From the IMG/VR virus record IMGVR_UViG_3300042311_000577, positions 58,795-122,794 of that record: a stretch of DNA of 64,000 nt; one strand, 5' to 3'. Shown here in pieces: positions 19,401 through 27,994 of this stretch. Under the pieces are notes generated by a model. It ran no database searches. It had not been told where the DNA came from and worked only from the letters and a program-made list of their open reading frames with translations. The DNA is from a virus. The stretch's first letter is position 1, and the number at the start of each line of letters is the position of its first letter. The translations under genes were made by a program, and so were the position numbers.

Positions 19401-21836
19401 TGTAGCTAATGCTGCATCTAAACCAGTAGCTGCAGAATTAGCTGCAATAACACCTAAGTTGTTCATAGCTTGTCCAGTAGTTGAATTTCCGACAGCAGGG
19501 CTCCAGGTCCATGCTAAACCATAAGGTTGTGTAAAATTACCTGCTGGATAATTTATTTTTAATTCTCCTAATGCATTTAACAAAGCATCAATAATACCAT
19601 TTGCTAAAGCAAATAAAATAATTTTATTTGTTAAGAATTTAAATCTAGGATGTTTACTTGGTTCAATAAAGAATTGTTCTGCTTCTCCTCTAAGTACACC
19701 ATATATTTTTAATTCTGTTGTATTCAAATAAGGATTAACAAAACTAGTATCTGGAGAATGAAATGAAATAATATCTTGAGGTATATTCTGATTTTCTTTT
19801 TGATTATTATTATTTCTTTTAGTAATATAAGGATCATTATACAAATAGTCAAAACTACCTAAACCTGTTGCATTTGTAAGATTATTTAATTCTGGTACAA
19901 TACAGTTGTAAGGATAATTTGCATATAAACCAATTACATCATTTTCAGCAGCACTTCCTCTAAGATTGTAATCTCTAAAATTATTTATAATACCTTTAGC
20001 AAGAATAGTTTTATTACCATGTCTTGAACCTCTTAGTATTTCATAACCTACAATACCTGGTATATCATTTCCATCATTATCTTTTGGCAATATAATATTT
20101 GAAAATTCAACTCCCATTAATCTTATATAATAACCAGAAGATTTTCTTATAAAGTGATTTGTAAGATAACTTGTATTTTGATCAGGAAACTTATGATGTC
20201 TAATTGATTTACCACATAAATCATAATCTGGATTAGTAGTTAATGTCCAGCATTGAGAACTTGAGTTCCAAACATCAGATTGAAAATCTGGATATTTTTC
20301 AGAAGACTGCCAGTAACCCATATCACCTCTTGCAATAACAACACCACCATCAGGTAATGTTTCAAGTCCATTTATTGAACCTGCGGTAACACTTGCTGTA
20401 TTTATACTTTCAAATAACATTGTATTACCCGGTAAAGTAATACCGGCTATATTTGAGAAAGGATCAATTTCATTATAAACTGTACCATTATATGTATAAT
20501 TTCTAGGTGGTCTTCCTGGAATATGATATGATGCAGATTTGTCTCCAGTATCATAAACCCATCTGATAAAAAATGAATATACTTCATCTCTTAAATAAGA
20601 TGTGTTTTTTCCTCCATCAACATAATAAGTTTCTGGATATTCTATTTCAACCCATTGAGTTCTTATTAAGTTTGCTAATGGTTGATAGTTAAAATCAAAT
20701 TTAGAAGTAGGCCCTACTCTTAATAGATAATCCATTACTTCTGTCATTTGTCTTGACTTTTCTACAACCGGGCTTCTTAATAAAAGTTCTTTAGTACTTA
20801 TAGCAGGAGTTGATTCACTTATCTGATCTAGTATAATGGTTTTTATTCTTGTAGAATAATAACCTACTATACGGGCACTAAAATTTTGATCAATAAATCT
20901 TATTACAGCTAACTCAAATTCATCAAAGTTTTCTTCATCTGCTTCAACAGTTATTTCAAGAGAGCCCTTAAAGTTTATTGCATTTGATATTGGTTGTGTA
21001 TATGTACTAGAGAAATAATCAGTTACTCTATATCTATCTTTTGTATAAGCAATAGCAACAGCATATGAACCATTATCTATAGTACCAGGTTGATTAGATA
21101 AGTTAATATCTAAACATGGTGTTTTAACTAGAGTAGCTAATCTGATTCTATTACAATCTAAAAAACCAGGTTTAACTGGAGTACATATTTTACAAACTGT
21201 TGGTCCAGATCCATCAACTTCACATTTTTCTTCCCATGGAATATTCGGCCAAAGAATTGTAACACCCGATTCATTTGAATATAAATTACCATTAGTTGTT
21301 GATGATCCACCTATCCAAACATAATTATCTTCTGGCCATGTTTTTGGATCACCAATATTCATATATCTATCAGGATTTAAGTTATCTGCCCAATAGACTT
21401 GCCAAGTACAATCATTTAATAATTTAGAAGCTCCTGTTATTAAATGAAGTTTATTAAAGTTAAGACACCTATCTTGTACAATTGGTCTATACTTACAGAT
21501 ATCACCTTCAAATAAACCTATCTCAGACATTAAAGGTTTTGTATCTTGTATATCATAACCAACTGTATATATGATCCATTTATCACTAAATAAATGTATA
21601 GCACCTATTATATACTTTTTGAAAGCATTCATTGTTTGTCCAGCAAGTCCACATAAAACATTAGATTCCTCGTTAGAGAGTGTGCCTAAGTCTCCCTCTG
21701 CTGTGTTGTTTACAGCATTCCGGGCATGTGTCCACATTCCTTCTTGTACAAATAAAGGATCAGAGTCTTTATTTAAACCCTTAATAAAGGAGTTTGTATT
21801 CTGTTGGGAAGTATCCTGTTGATTTCTCTTTGCCAT
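16425..21836 (-). CDS. Tail stabilisation / muzzle-type protein (crAss-like, P22 gp10-like role), 1803 aa
   Basis: N-terminal NSFIKGLNKD...ARNAVN and late W(T)VSYDP...WLSFHDW resemble crAss-like stabilisation proteins; follows the ring/tubular genes; TAATG-coupled on both sides. Confidence 0.7.
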   Translation of the reverse strand: MAKRNQQDTSQQNTNSFIKGLNKDSDPLFVQEGMWTHARNAVNNTAEGDLGTLSNEESNVLCGLAGQTMNAFKKYIIGAIHLFSDKWIIYTVGYDIQDTKPLMSEIGLFEGDICKYRPIVQDRCLNFNKLHLITGASKLLNDCTWQVYWADNLNPDRYMNIGDPKTWPEDNYVWIGGSSTTNGNLYSNESGVTILWPNIPWEEKCEVDGSGPTVCKICTPVKPGFLDCNRIRLATLVKTPCLDINLSNQPGTIDNGSYAVAIAYTKDRYRVTDYFSSTYTQPISNAINFKGSLEITVEADEENFDEFELAVIRFIDQNFSARIVGYYSTRIKTIILDQISESTPAISTKELLLRSPVVEKSRQMTEVMDYLLRVGPTSKFDFNYQPLANLIRTQWVEIEYPETYYVDGGKNTSYLRDEVYSFFIRWVYDTGDKSASYHIPGRPPRNYTYNGTVYNEIDPFSNIAGITLPGNTMLFESINTASVTAGSINGLETLPDGGVVIARGDMGYWQSSEKYPDFQSDVWNSSSQCWTLTTNPDYDLCGKSIRHHKFPDQNTSYLTNHFIRKSSGYYIRLMGVEFSNIILPKDNDGNDIPGIVGYEILRGSRHGNKTILAKGIINNFRDYNLRGSAAENDVIGLYANYPYNCIVPELNNLTNATGLGSFDYLYNDPYITKRNNNNQKENQNIPQDIISFHSPDTSFVNPYLNTTELKIYGVLRGEAEQFFIEPSKHPRFKFLTNKIILFALANGIIDALLNALGELKINYPAGNFTQPYGLAWTWSPAVGNSTTGQAMNNLGVIAANSAATGLDAALATYSPIADLFTPGDTLAGFFQTAQSTLSGGSNTFTLPTYEKTYTGKQMLGPIINGFLNTLVVGGDLWYYFIKGTQTAVDVMYAIAKKRQYALEQVGYGEYYLFDPHDATKPKRFVMASGQYVDDQVQILPEYINNATGLPVKYRINNIKRPKLVVLRTTKWDGSGDIEGPHFILESTGYSTDQSLMTLGYAIRTHNPAAMNSTFTGNGKVSWTEKGKGRNFINKIASHYVAIKYRKENQYGQLEQIQQVVATPCEQKLDFISLTGPNTIATSNYGTLCGVNDFTQKSTSSPVFFGGDTYVNRFTEKNIMNFFFDWLYNVPDETEWNYFINQMIPEPKFQVNSQPWDISDFTLNNLLTWFSNNPDYGDGLVPSSYYDMDNRNYAYNVNTWFPGYPGFLAVKNSYFYTSANGIRDFFVESEVITDFRDVGTFTWQRPYSKYKYTDLPSLFDSNPDILARGNFYAYDYSLSASRFIFNQYFTQGYLQGTTYNPNVAELCYTSYPNRIIYSLKQQENQIIDGWLTYLPLNRVDFKSTLSSVKNFAKTGMFITFENDSPLVFQGTDTLQLDTSGTAVTVGDQNLFSRPPQNVVVAEKPYEYGSSQNKYGVVSTPAGLFYISQNQGKIFSYAEGLKEISQTGMKWWFSEFLPFKLLEDFPKYPHTDNPVAGIGCSASYDNDNSILYFSKKDYKLKDEYKGLVTYDNVNDNFLIKTQNGGVSTILKAKIGDKRYFEDASWTVSYDPKMQYWLSFHDWHPNFYVPSKGSFFTIKDNSIWKHSVNCNDYCNFYGVQYPFEVELPVVTAQVVNTIKSLEYYLEAYRRDRNICVDQYHVLDYNFDQAIVFNSEQASGYLNLNLYPKNDIPLSLQFPRLNTNQASYDILYSKEENKYRINQFWDITKDRGEFPIGSGYPPGQGPYLPAPESTVLLGNYSDENIWVTSVNGYVKILNPLNLDYTKPLLERKKFRHYINFIKLIKNDSRDTNMILKIVNTKTQMSPR

Positions 21837-22849
21837 TACAATACTCTTATATTATTACGGTTTCTATAGTAAACATTATTTGGTGAATAACTTTTAAACA
21901 TATCATAATACTTACCATATTGAGCTTTTCTATTAGCCATCCAAAGTTTTTCAAGTTCCTTGAAGTTAGGAGTATTAACTAAACTTAAAGCTTGGTTTCT
22001 AGCTGCTTTTAATTTAGAAGCAATATACTGAAGTTTCTGACCAACATCTTCTCCGTTCATTAATAAATTTTCAAGTATTCTTTCTTTTAATGCATACTCA
22101 TAGTATTCATTAAGAAGTTCATGATCAGGAACAAGTAAATTACCATTATCATCTTCTAAAGTAGATTGATAATTAAGATATACTTTACCTTCTTTAAAAG
22201 TTGTATTTAAAAAACCATGTTTTATCCATCCTTCATTTACAGTATTATAATAAAGATTTGGACAATCACATTCAATTTCTTGACTTGTCTTCATCCTAAG
22301 TGGATAAAGATTTCTATAAACTCTTGTTGTAGAAGGATTTATGATTTGTATTAGTTCATATGCTTCACCTTTACAATTTAAAAATACTCTTGGTTTTATA
22401 GCAGTATCACCATATGGTTGGCCAAGAGAATGAGTTACACATATACCTTCTTGTCCACTATAACAACAAGGTTGATTTACTGGAGCTTCACAAGAATTCA
22501 AATAAGTTTCACTTGGAAATTCTCTGTATGGTACTTCTTGAATATTAGTTCCTCCGGCAAAACCATCATAACCAACATAACCCACATTATTTTGGAAGTC
22601 CCCGCAAATTAATGCATAATTAAATGCATAAAAATTATCAGGCAGTTTAACTTTATTATGGGTGACATCAAGTATAATTTCCTTTTGTTGATTTATTCTC
22701 AACCCTAAATCATAATTAATTTTTCTAACTAGTTTGATTAACTGTTGAGGCTCAATCATATTTTCTAAAGCAAATGTGTACAAATCAATTGTAACATCTT
22801 CTAGAAGTTGATCAAAGGTTCTATATTTCAGAGTATAATTAAAATCCAT
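21836..22849 (-). CDS. Tail tubular / ring protein, 337 aa
   Basis: GKVYLNYQSTLEDDNGNLLVPD...EYYEYA resembles crAss-like ring proteins; synteny with the stabilisation gene. Confidence 0.6.
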   Translation of the reverse strand: MDFNYTLKYRTFDQLLEDVTIDLYTFALENMIEPQQLIKLVRKINYDLGLRINQQKEIILDVTHNKVKLPDNFYAFNYALICGDFQNNVGYVGYDGFAGGTNIQEVPYREFPSETYLNSCEAPVNQPCCYSGQEGICVTHSLGQPYGDTAIKPRVFLNCKGEAYELIQIINPSTTRVYRNLYPLRMKTSQEIECDCPNLYYNTVNEGWIKHGFLNTTFKEGKVYLNYQSTLEDDNGNLLVPDHELLNEYYEYALKERILENLLMNGEDVGQKLQYIASKLKAARNQALSLVNTPNFKELEKLWMANRKAQYGKYYDMFKSYSPNNVYYRNRNNIRVL

Positions 22850-23511
22850 TATCTTAAGATATTTTGACTGTCATCAGTTGGATCAACTGGTATTTGAGCA
22901 ATCATGGTTAATTCTTTTAAAGCAAATTGTTCTATTTCAGAAAATAAATATTCTGGAATATTAAGTGGTTGATCTTGTATAAGTTCACAGTTATCTGAAT
23001 CACATGTAGGAACATTATTTTCAAATATAGCTTCTATTCTAATTGCATCCCAATCTATATTAGGACAGTATATGTAACCATTAAGGTACCAGAAGTATGG
23101 TCTCTTATTATATTTAAATGTTGTAGATTTAGTTATAGAAACCCAAGTACCTGGATCAGTTCTAAACATTTCTATACCGCCATCTATAGAAGATATAGTA
23201 CGTATAATAGGACCAAACATACCATCAAGAATTGTAGGTAACTTATCTTTAGATCTTTTAAAATAACATCCAGAATAAACTCCTACACAACCAGCCTCCA
23301 CTTTATCAACATCAATTAACTCTACATAGGGAAGAACTTTAAAGATCTGACTCATCTTCATTAATCTAAATTGATTGTCTTCTCTTTTTATAAGAGTTTT
23401 AGCATACTTTGTAAGAACAAAATATATCTGTCTATCAGTAAGAAAAGAATCCTCCTTTACAGCTTTTAAAGCATTTCTTACTCTTGATATTGCTTCTCCA
23501 ATATTTGTCAT
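22849..23511 (-). CDS. Probable tail ring / head-tail connector protein, 220 aa
   Basis: D...TDRQI start and YFWYLNGYIY...AIFE; position in the tail module. Confidence 0.55.
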   Translation of the reverse strand: MTNIGEAISRVRNALKAVKEDSFLTDRQIYFVLTKYAKTLIKREDNQFRLMKMSQIFKVLPYVELIDVDKVEAGCVGVYSGCYFKRSKDKLPTILDGMFGPIIRTISSIDGGIEMFRTDPGTWVSITKSTTFKYNKRPYFWYLNGYIYCPNIDWDAIRIEAIFENNVPTCDSDNCELIQDQPLNIPEYLFSEIEQFALKELTMIAQIPVDPTDDSQNILR

Positions 23512-24089
23512 ATGTCAAATTCATTATAGCTTTTTAAAGCTTTTTTTTCTTTATTAAGCGCAATACTTTTATGTATTGCTTTATCATATATTTTCCTAAG
23601 TTTAGTTGTAGCATTAACTACAACATACATATTCCAATTTTCTGAATAGTTTTTAGAAACACTTCTTTTAAATTCTCTGCATGCAACAAAACTCCAAAAC
23701 TCTCTATTTCTCATTTTATGTTTAGGAGCATGACTTGTAAAAAAGATTTTAGCTAACTTACCATCTGTATTAAAATTATTATTTGTTACTTTTAAACCAT
23801 ACTTATTAGACTTTGCATAATCAATATTACTTTTCTTACTTGATTGACATGTCCCAATAAATAACCATCCAATTGTTTCAGGTAACTGAACTCCATCTCT
23901 TTTTTCAATTACTGTATTAAACAATAATTTATTAAAAGCTTTAATAACGGTTCTTAAATAATAATTATCATAGTTTTTATACTTACTATGTTTCTTTTTA
24001 AAACTATCAAAGAACTTTTTGTTCAATACACTATACACTTCAGATCTATATCTTGGTGCTTTTAAATTTGGTTTGTTAAACTCCTTCAT
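23508..24089 (-). CDS. Basic protein, possibly divergent HU/IHF-like DNA-binding protein, 193 aa
   Basis: Lys-rich; helix followed by GVQLPETIGWLFI, echoing the IHF 'V.l.gfG.F' strand; crAss-like genomes carry IHF-like genes in the tail module. Confidence 0.45.
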   Translation of the reverse strand: MKEFNKPNLKAPRYRSEVYSVLNKKFFDSFKKKHSKYKNYDNYYLRTVIKAFNKLLFNTVIEKRDGVQLPETIGWLFIGTCQSSKKSNIDYAKSNKYGLKVTNNNFNTDGKLAKIFFTSHAPKHKMRNREFWSFVACREFKRSVSKNYSENWNMYVVVNATTKLRKIYDKAIHKSIALNKEKKALKSYNEFDI

Positions 24090-24130
24090 ATTAATATACT
24101 AAAAATAAATGATATTAGCAAATATACATA

Positions 24131-24165
24131 AAAAACAAAACCCTCACTAGTGCGAGGGCTTGCCT
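24131..24165 (-). terminator. Intrinsic terminator
   Basis: CCCTC/GAGGG stem at 24141-24158 next to an A-run (U-tract on the minus strand), downstream of the 400-aa gene. Confidence 0.55.
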
Positions 24166-24202
24166 TGTTGTCACAGAAACCAACAACCTGTAACTTCTTT
24201 TT

Positions 24203-25405
24203 TTATCCTATAACTGTTACTGAATAAGTACCTAATCCACCTGGTACAACTTCAACAATTGAAATATTATTACCATCATCAACAGTATATGTATAATCAG
24301 TACCATGTATATATGTAACAAATGGTAAAGGTAATGATGCTGATTTTACAGAGATAATGACATTTGTTGTACCTAGATCATGATTTATTGTTTGATCACC
24401 GGTTAATGCGGATGATGGAAATTTAGCCACATCAGCAGCAATTGTTACAGCAGTAGCAGAAGCACTTAAATTAATACCATTACCAGCAGTTAAACCTTTA
24501 GTTACTAAAGCAGGACCAGTTCCATCATTTACTAAAGTTTCTGTTCCACCAGCAGATGCTAATGATACAGGGCCTTCTGTATTTGTAATTGTAAAGTTTG
24601 GATAGGTTCCCGTAATATCAATACCAGCTCCTTCAGTTAATACTACTGTTTGATCAGGTGCAGAGTTAGTAATTCTAATTGCATCTGTACCAGGTACAGT
24701 ACTTGCATTAAGAGTGATGCCTGTTCCTGCTACAAAGTTTAATGTATCTCCAGGAGCTTCAGCAATTTGAATGTTTGTAGGATCATTAGCTGGTCCCCAT
24801 ACAAATCCTGAATCAGGATTAATTTGAGCTCTGTCAAAATCATTTGGTGGAATAACACTACCTGGTACAACTGAGGCACCTGTAACATGACCAAAAGTAT
24901 CAAATGTAAAAAAGACATCTTGGATAAAAGTATTACCAGAGTTATCACTATTTAAGTTAGCTACACTTGATGTATCTTGATGAGAAACAGTTACTGTTCC
25001 TGCAATTGGATTTTGAGATATTAAAATACCAGGACCTGCAAGAATTGATGCAAGTATATCATTTTGAAATACTGTATCAAAATAAGCTTGTAAGGCAGGT
25101 ATATCAATAGATACAGTATATGTTGTTACATTACCTACTGTATTAGGAACTACATCTATATAAGTAGAACCTACAACCTGAGTTACTGGACCTACTGTAT
25201 TACAAATATAGTTTACTAATTTAGTAATTACTGTATCTAAATAATCATATCTTTTGATTACTGTGTCTGTATTACAAATTATATCAGTACCTGTATATAC
25301 AATGCACTGAGAATTAAATACCTCCGGGCATGCAGGAGGACACGGAGGAGTAACCGTATAGGTATTGTTACATCCGCAGTTTTGATTACATGTGTGAGTT
25401 GCCAT
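24203..25405 (-). CDS. Tail fibre/appendage-like protein, 400 aa
   Basis: Cys-rich N-terminus; repeated AG(P/T/A/N)GI beta-repeats typical of fibre shafts. Confidence 0.6.
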   Translation of the reverse strand: MATHTCNQNCGCNNTYTVTPPCPPACPEVFNSQCIVYTGTDIICNTDTVIKRYDYLDTVITKLVNYICNTVGPVTQVVGSTYIDVVPNTVGNVTTYTVSIDIPALQAYFDTVFQNDILASILAGPGILISQNPIAGTVTVSHQDTSSVANLNSDNSGNTFIQDVFFTFDTFGHVTGASVVPGSVIPPNDFDRAQINPDSGFVWGPANDPTNIQIAEAPGDTLNFVAGTGITLNASTVPGTDAIRITNSAPDQTVVLTEGAGIDITGTYPNFTITNTEGPVSLASAGGTETLVNDGTGPALVTKGLTAGNGINLSASATAVTIAADVAKFPSSALTGDQTINHDLGTTNVIISVKSASLPLPFVTYIHGTDYTYTVDDGNNISIVEVVPGGLGTYSVTVIG

Positions 25406-25469
25406 TTTTTTTATTTTAAATTAAACATATATACATATTCTTGAATTAAAATTAATTCATTTATTGGTT

Positions 25470-27968
25470 TTATAAATTTCTAAGTTTAACAAACCCAATT
25501 CTTATTGCATCACTTCCATTATATGCACCACCAGCATAATCTTCTCCTGTTAAATTTAACATTCTGAAAATTACTTCACTTCCAACATTTAGTGTAACTA
25601 CACATTGAGCAGTAAGAATTATGTTACTATCCATATTTGCAACTATACTTTTTGAAGCTCCTGTAAATATATCTCCAGAATTTGTTCCTCCACTACATAT
25701 ACCTATATCAAATCGTCCATCAGAACCTGTTGTTTTCCAATATGCAGTATTGTCTCCATTAGCTTTTAAATAAGTAGACATTGTTAAAAGATACTCACCT
25801 TTTTGTGTTATTTCAAATATACCCGTAGTATTATCAACTGTTAAGAATGTAGAAGTTGGAGGAGCAGTTACTGGAAATGTTGCACCAATGTAATTAGTTC
25901 CTCCATAAGGGGGGATAGTAACATTTACAACAGTTCCGTTAGAATCCATGTAGTTGTATTGAAGTACATCTTGTACTCTTTGACCAACAGGATAATTATT
26001 ACCACCTTTACCAACCGTTTTTCCTGGTGCATTTACTACATTTGGTATTGTTGCAGGAGCAGTGTTACAATTGTTTGGTCCTCCAATAGTTACTTGAGCA
26101 TAAAAATAATCTAAACCATTATTTACAACTGGTGCTTCAATTGCAATACATCCTGTATCTCCTACTGATATATCTAATGTACAAGAAGTTAAAGATCTTA
26201 AAGCTAAAGTTTGTGTAACAGGATCCCATGAATCTATTAATGATACACAATCACAAGAACCAGTTCCTAATATATTATTTAAATCATCTTCAAATTCTTG
26301 TGCCGTAAAGTTAATAACACAACCTCCACCGGTTGTTGTTTTATTAAGTACAGGAGTCCAATTATAATCCCATATTCCTTTATTTGCTGTTACATATAAA
26401 TTAGTAATTGGATATGTTAATCCACTAAAAGTAGCATCAAAATTTGGACCTAATGCTGAAGATAAACCAGTTGAAGTTATTGGACCATTAGTTGTTGCGG
26501 CATATACCTGCAATAAAAAATTTCTTGATGTAACATCAAATGTATTTGCAGGATATACTACACCTCTAAAAAAGTTCCAATGATTATTATAATCAAGTAC
26601 AAACTCAGCATGATCATTTGTCCATCCAGATGTTGGTTGCAATTGATTTACAGTTAATGAAGGTGTACTATTATTTCCATGATAACTTTGAGAAATCTCA
26701 CTATTATTATTTGCTTCATTTACAAATGCTATATATATTAAACCTGTAGGTGCTATCCAACTTGGAGTATTCCAGTTAGGTGGGATTGTAGCTCCAACAG
26801 GAGTTGCTGTTGAAGGATTTAACCAATTAAAAAAAGTAGGTGCAGGTGATATACCTGTAAAATTACCATTTTTAATTATTCTTGGAAATTTTAAATATGT
26901 TTCAGGAGTTTGAACTTCAAAAATATATAAATTACCAGTATAACTTGGATTTGCTGTTTGGTAATTTGTATACCAGTCAGTAACGGCTGTACATAAAGTT
27001 TGTTTGTTTGTAAGATAAGTTGCACTACAATCTCCTCCTTCAGCATAAGGACCTGAAGAAATATCAATATGAACATATATGTCAGCATTATTTGTTATAG
27101 CTTCACCACATGGACATGGTTCTTCAATTGTTAAAGTATCTCCAGGATTTAAAGTAGATACAAAGTTATATATATCACATAATGCAATCCAAATATTATT
27201 GATTGCATCAGCTACTGTACTATAAGAAGCATTTTGTATCCAATTTGGATTAAAACTAAAAGGAGTACCTGTTGTTAATTGTAAATCTGTATCATCAATA
27301 CATTTTGCATTTACTGCATTTATTAATTCAGATGTGGTACCTGTTGCTGTATAGAATGGACACCAAACATTATTTATAAATTCTTGTAATATTGTATTTA
27401 TAAATTGAGTTGAACCTGTTGGTAAGGAACCAATAGGACAACTAGTTAGAGTAAAAGATGGTATAACATTCTCCGGAGCAGGAGTATTTTCTAATACTGT
27501 AACTCGTATATCTAAATTATTAATTTGACTTTGTAAGTCTCCTATTTGATCTATTAAGTCACAAACTTTTTGTGCAATCATTTGAACATAGTCAACTAAC
27601 TGCATTGTTGTTTGATTGTTCTGAACAAAACAAGGTTTAACTGTAACTACACAATCAGGGCATCCTGAGTCAACTCTAGTTGTATCAGTAGGTATACCTT
27701 CAAGTTCACAAATCTTTTCAATAAGCAATTGAATTAAAGCTTGAAAATCCTTTGGACCACACGCTGTTATACCAAGACAAGATAAGTCATAATTAGTTAC
27801 ATTGGTTTGATCTAATAATGTACAAAGCTCTGTAGCCATTTTAGCTACTACATCGGATATAGTATCTCCAGTACATAGATTAATACAATCTAGTGTAGGT
27901 CCTTGCCATACCACACAATTTGATGATACTGGTGAACATGGTCTGTTATCTAAATTTAAAGGCTTCAT
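25470..27968 (-). CDS. Tail fibre/appendage-like protein, 832 aa
   Basis: Cys-rich N-terminus similar to the 400-aa protein, a short coiled coil (LQSQINNLDIRVTVLE) and a beta-rich C-terminal head. Confidence 0.6.
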   Translation of the reverse strand: MKPLNLDNRPCSPVSSNCVVWQGPTLDCINLCTGDTISDVVAKMATELCTLLDQTNVTNYDLSCLGITACGPKDFQALIQLLIEKICELEGIPTDTTRVDSGCPDCVVTVKPCFVQNNQTTMQLVDYVQMIAQKVCDLIDQIGDLQSQINNLDIRVTVLENTPAPENVIPSFTLTSCPIGSLPTGSTQFINTILQEFINNVWCPFYTATGTTSELINAVNAKCIDDTDLQLTTGTPFSFNPNWIQNASYSTVADAINNIWIALCDIYNFVSTLNPGDTLTIEEPCPCGEAITNNADIYVHIDISSGPYAEGGDCSATYLTNKQTLCTAVTDWYTNYQTANPSYTGNLYIFEVQTPETYLKFPRIIKNGNFTGISPAPTFFNWLNPSTATPVGATIPPNWNTPSWIAPTGLIYIAFVNEANNNSEISQSYHGNNSTPSLTVNQLQPTSGWTNDHAEFVLDYNNHWNFFRGVVYPANTFDVTSRNFLLQVYAATTNGPITSTGLSSALGPNFDATFSGLTYPITNLYVTANKGIWDYNWTPVLNKTTTGGGCVINFTAQEFEDDLNNILGTGSCDCVSLIDSWDPVTQTLALRSLTSCTLDISVGDTGCIAIEAPVVNNGLDYFYAQVTIGGPNNCNTAPATIPNVVNAPGKTVGKGGNNYPVGQRVQDVLQYNYMDSNGTVVNVTIPPYGGTNYIGATFPVTAPPTSTFLTVDNTTGIFEITQKGEYLLTMSTYLKANGDNTAYWKTTGSDGRFDIGICSGGTNSGDIFTGASKSIVANMDSNIILTAQCVVTLNVGSEVIFRMLNLTGEDYAGGAYNGSDAIRIGFVKLRNL

Positions 27969-27994
27969 AGTTTATTCTATTTATAATATACAAA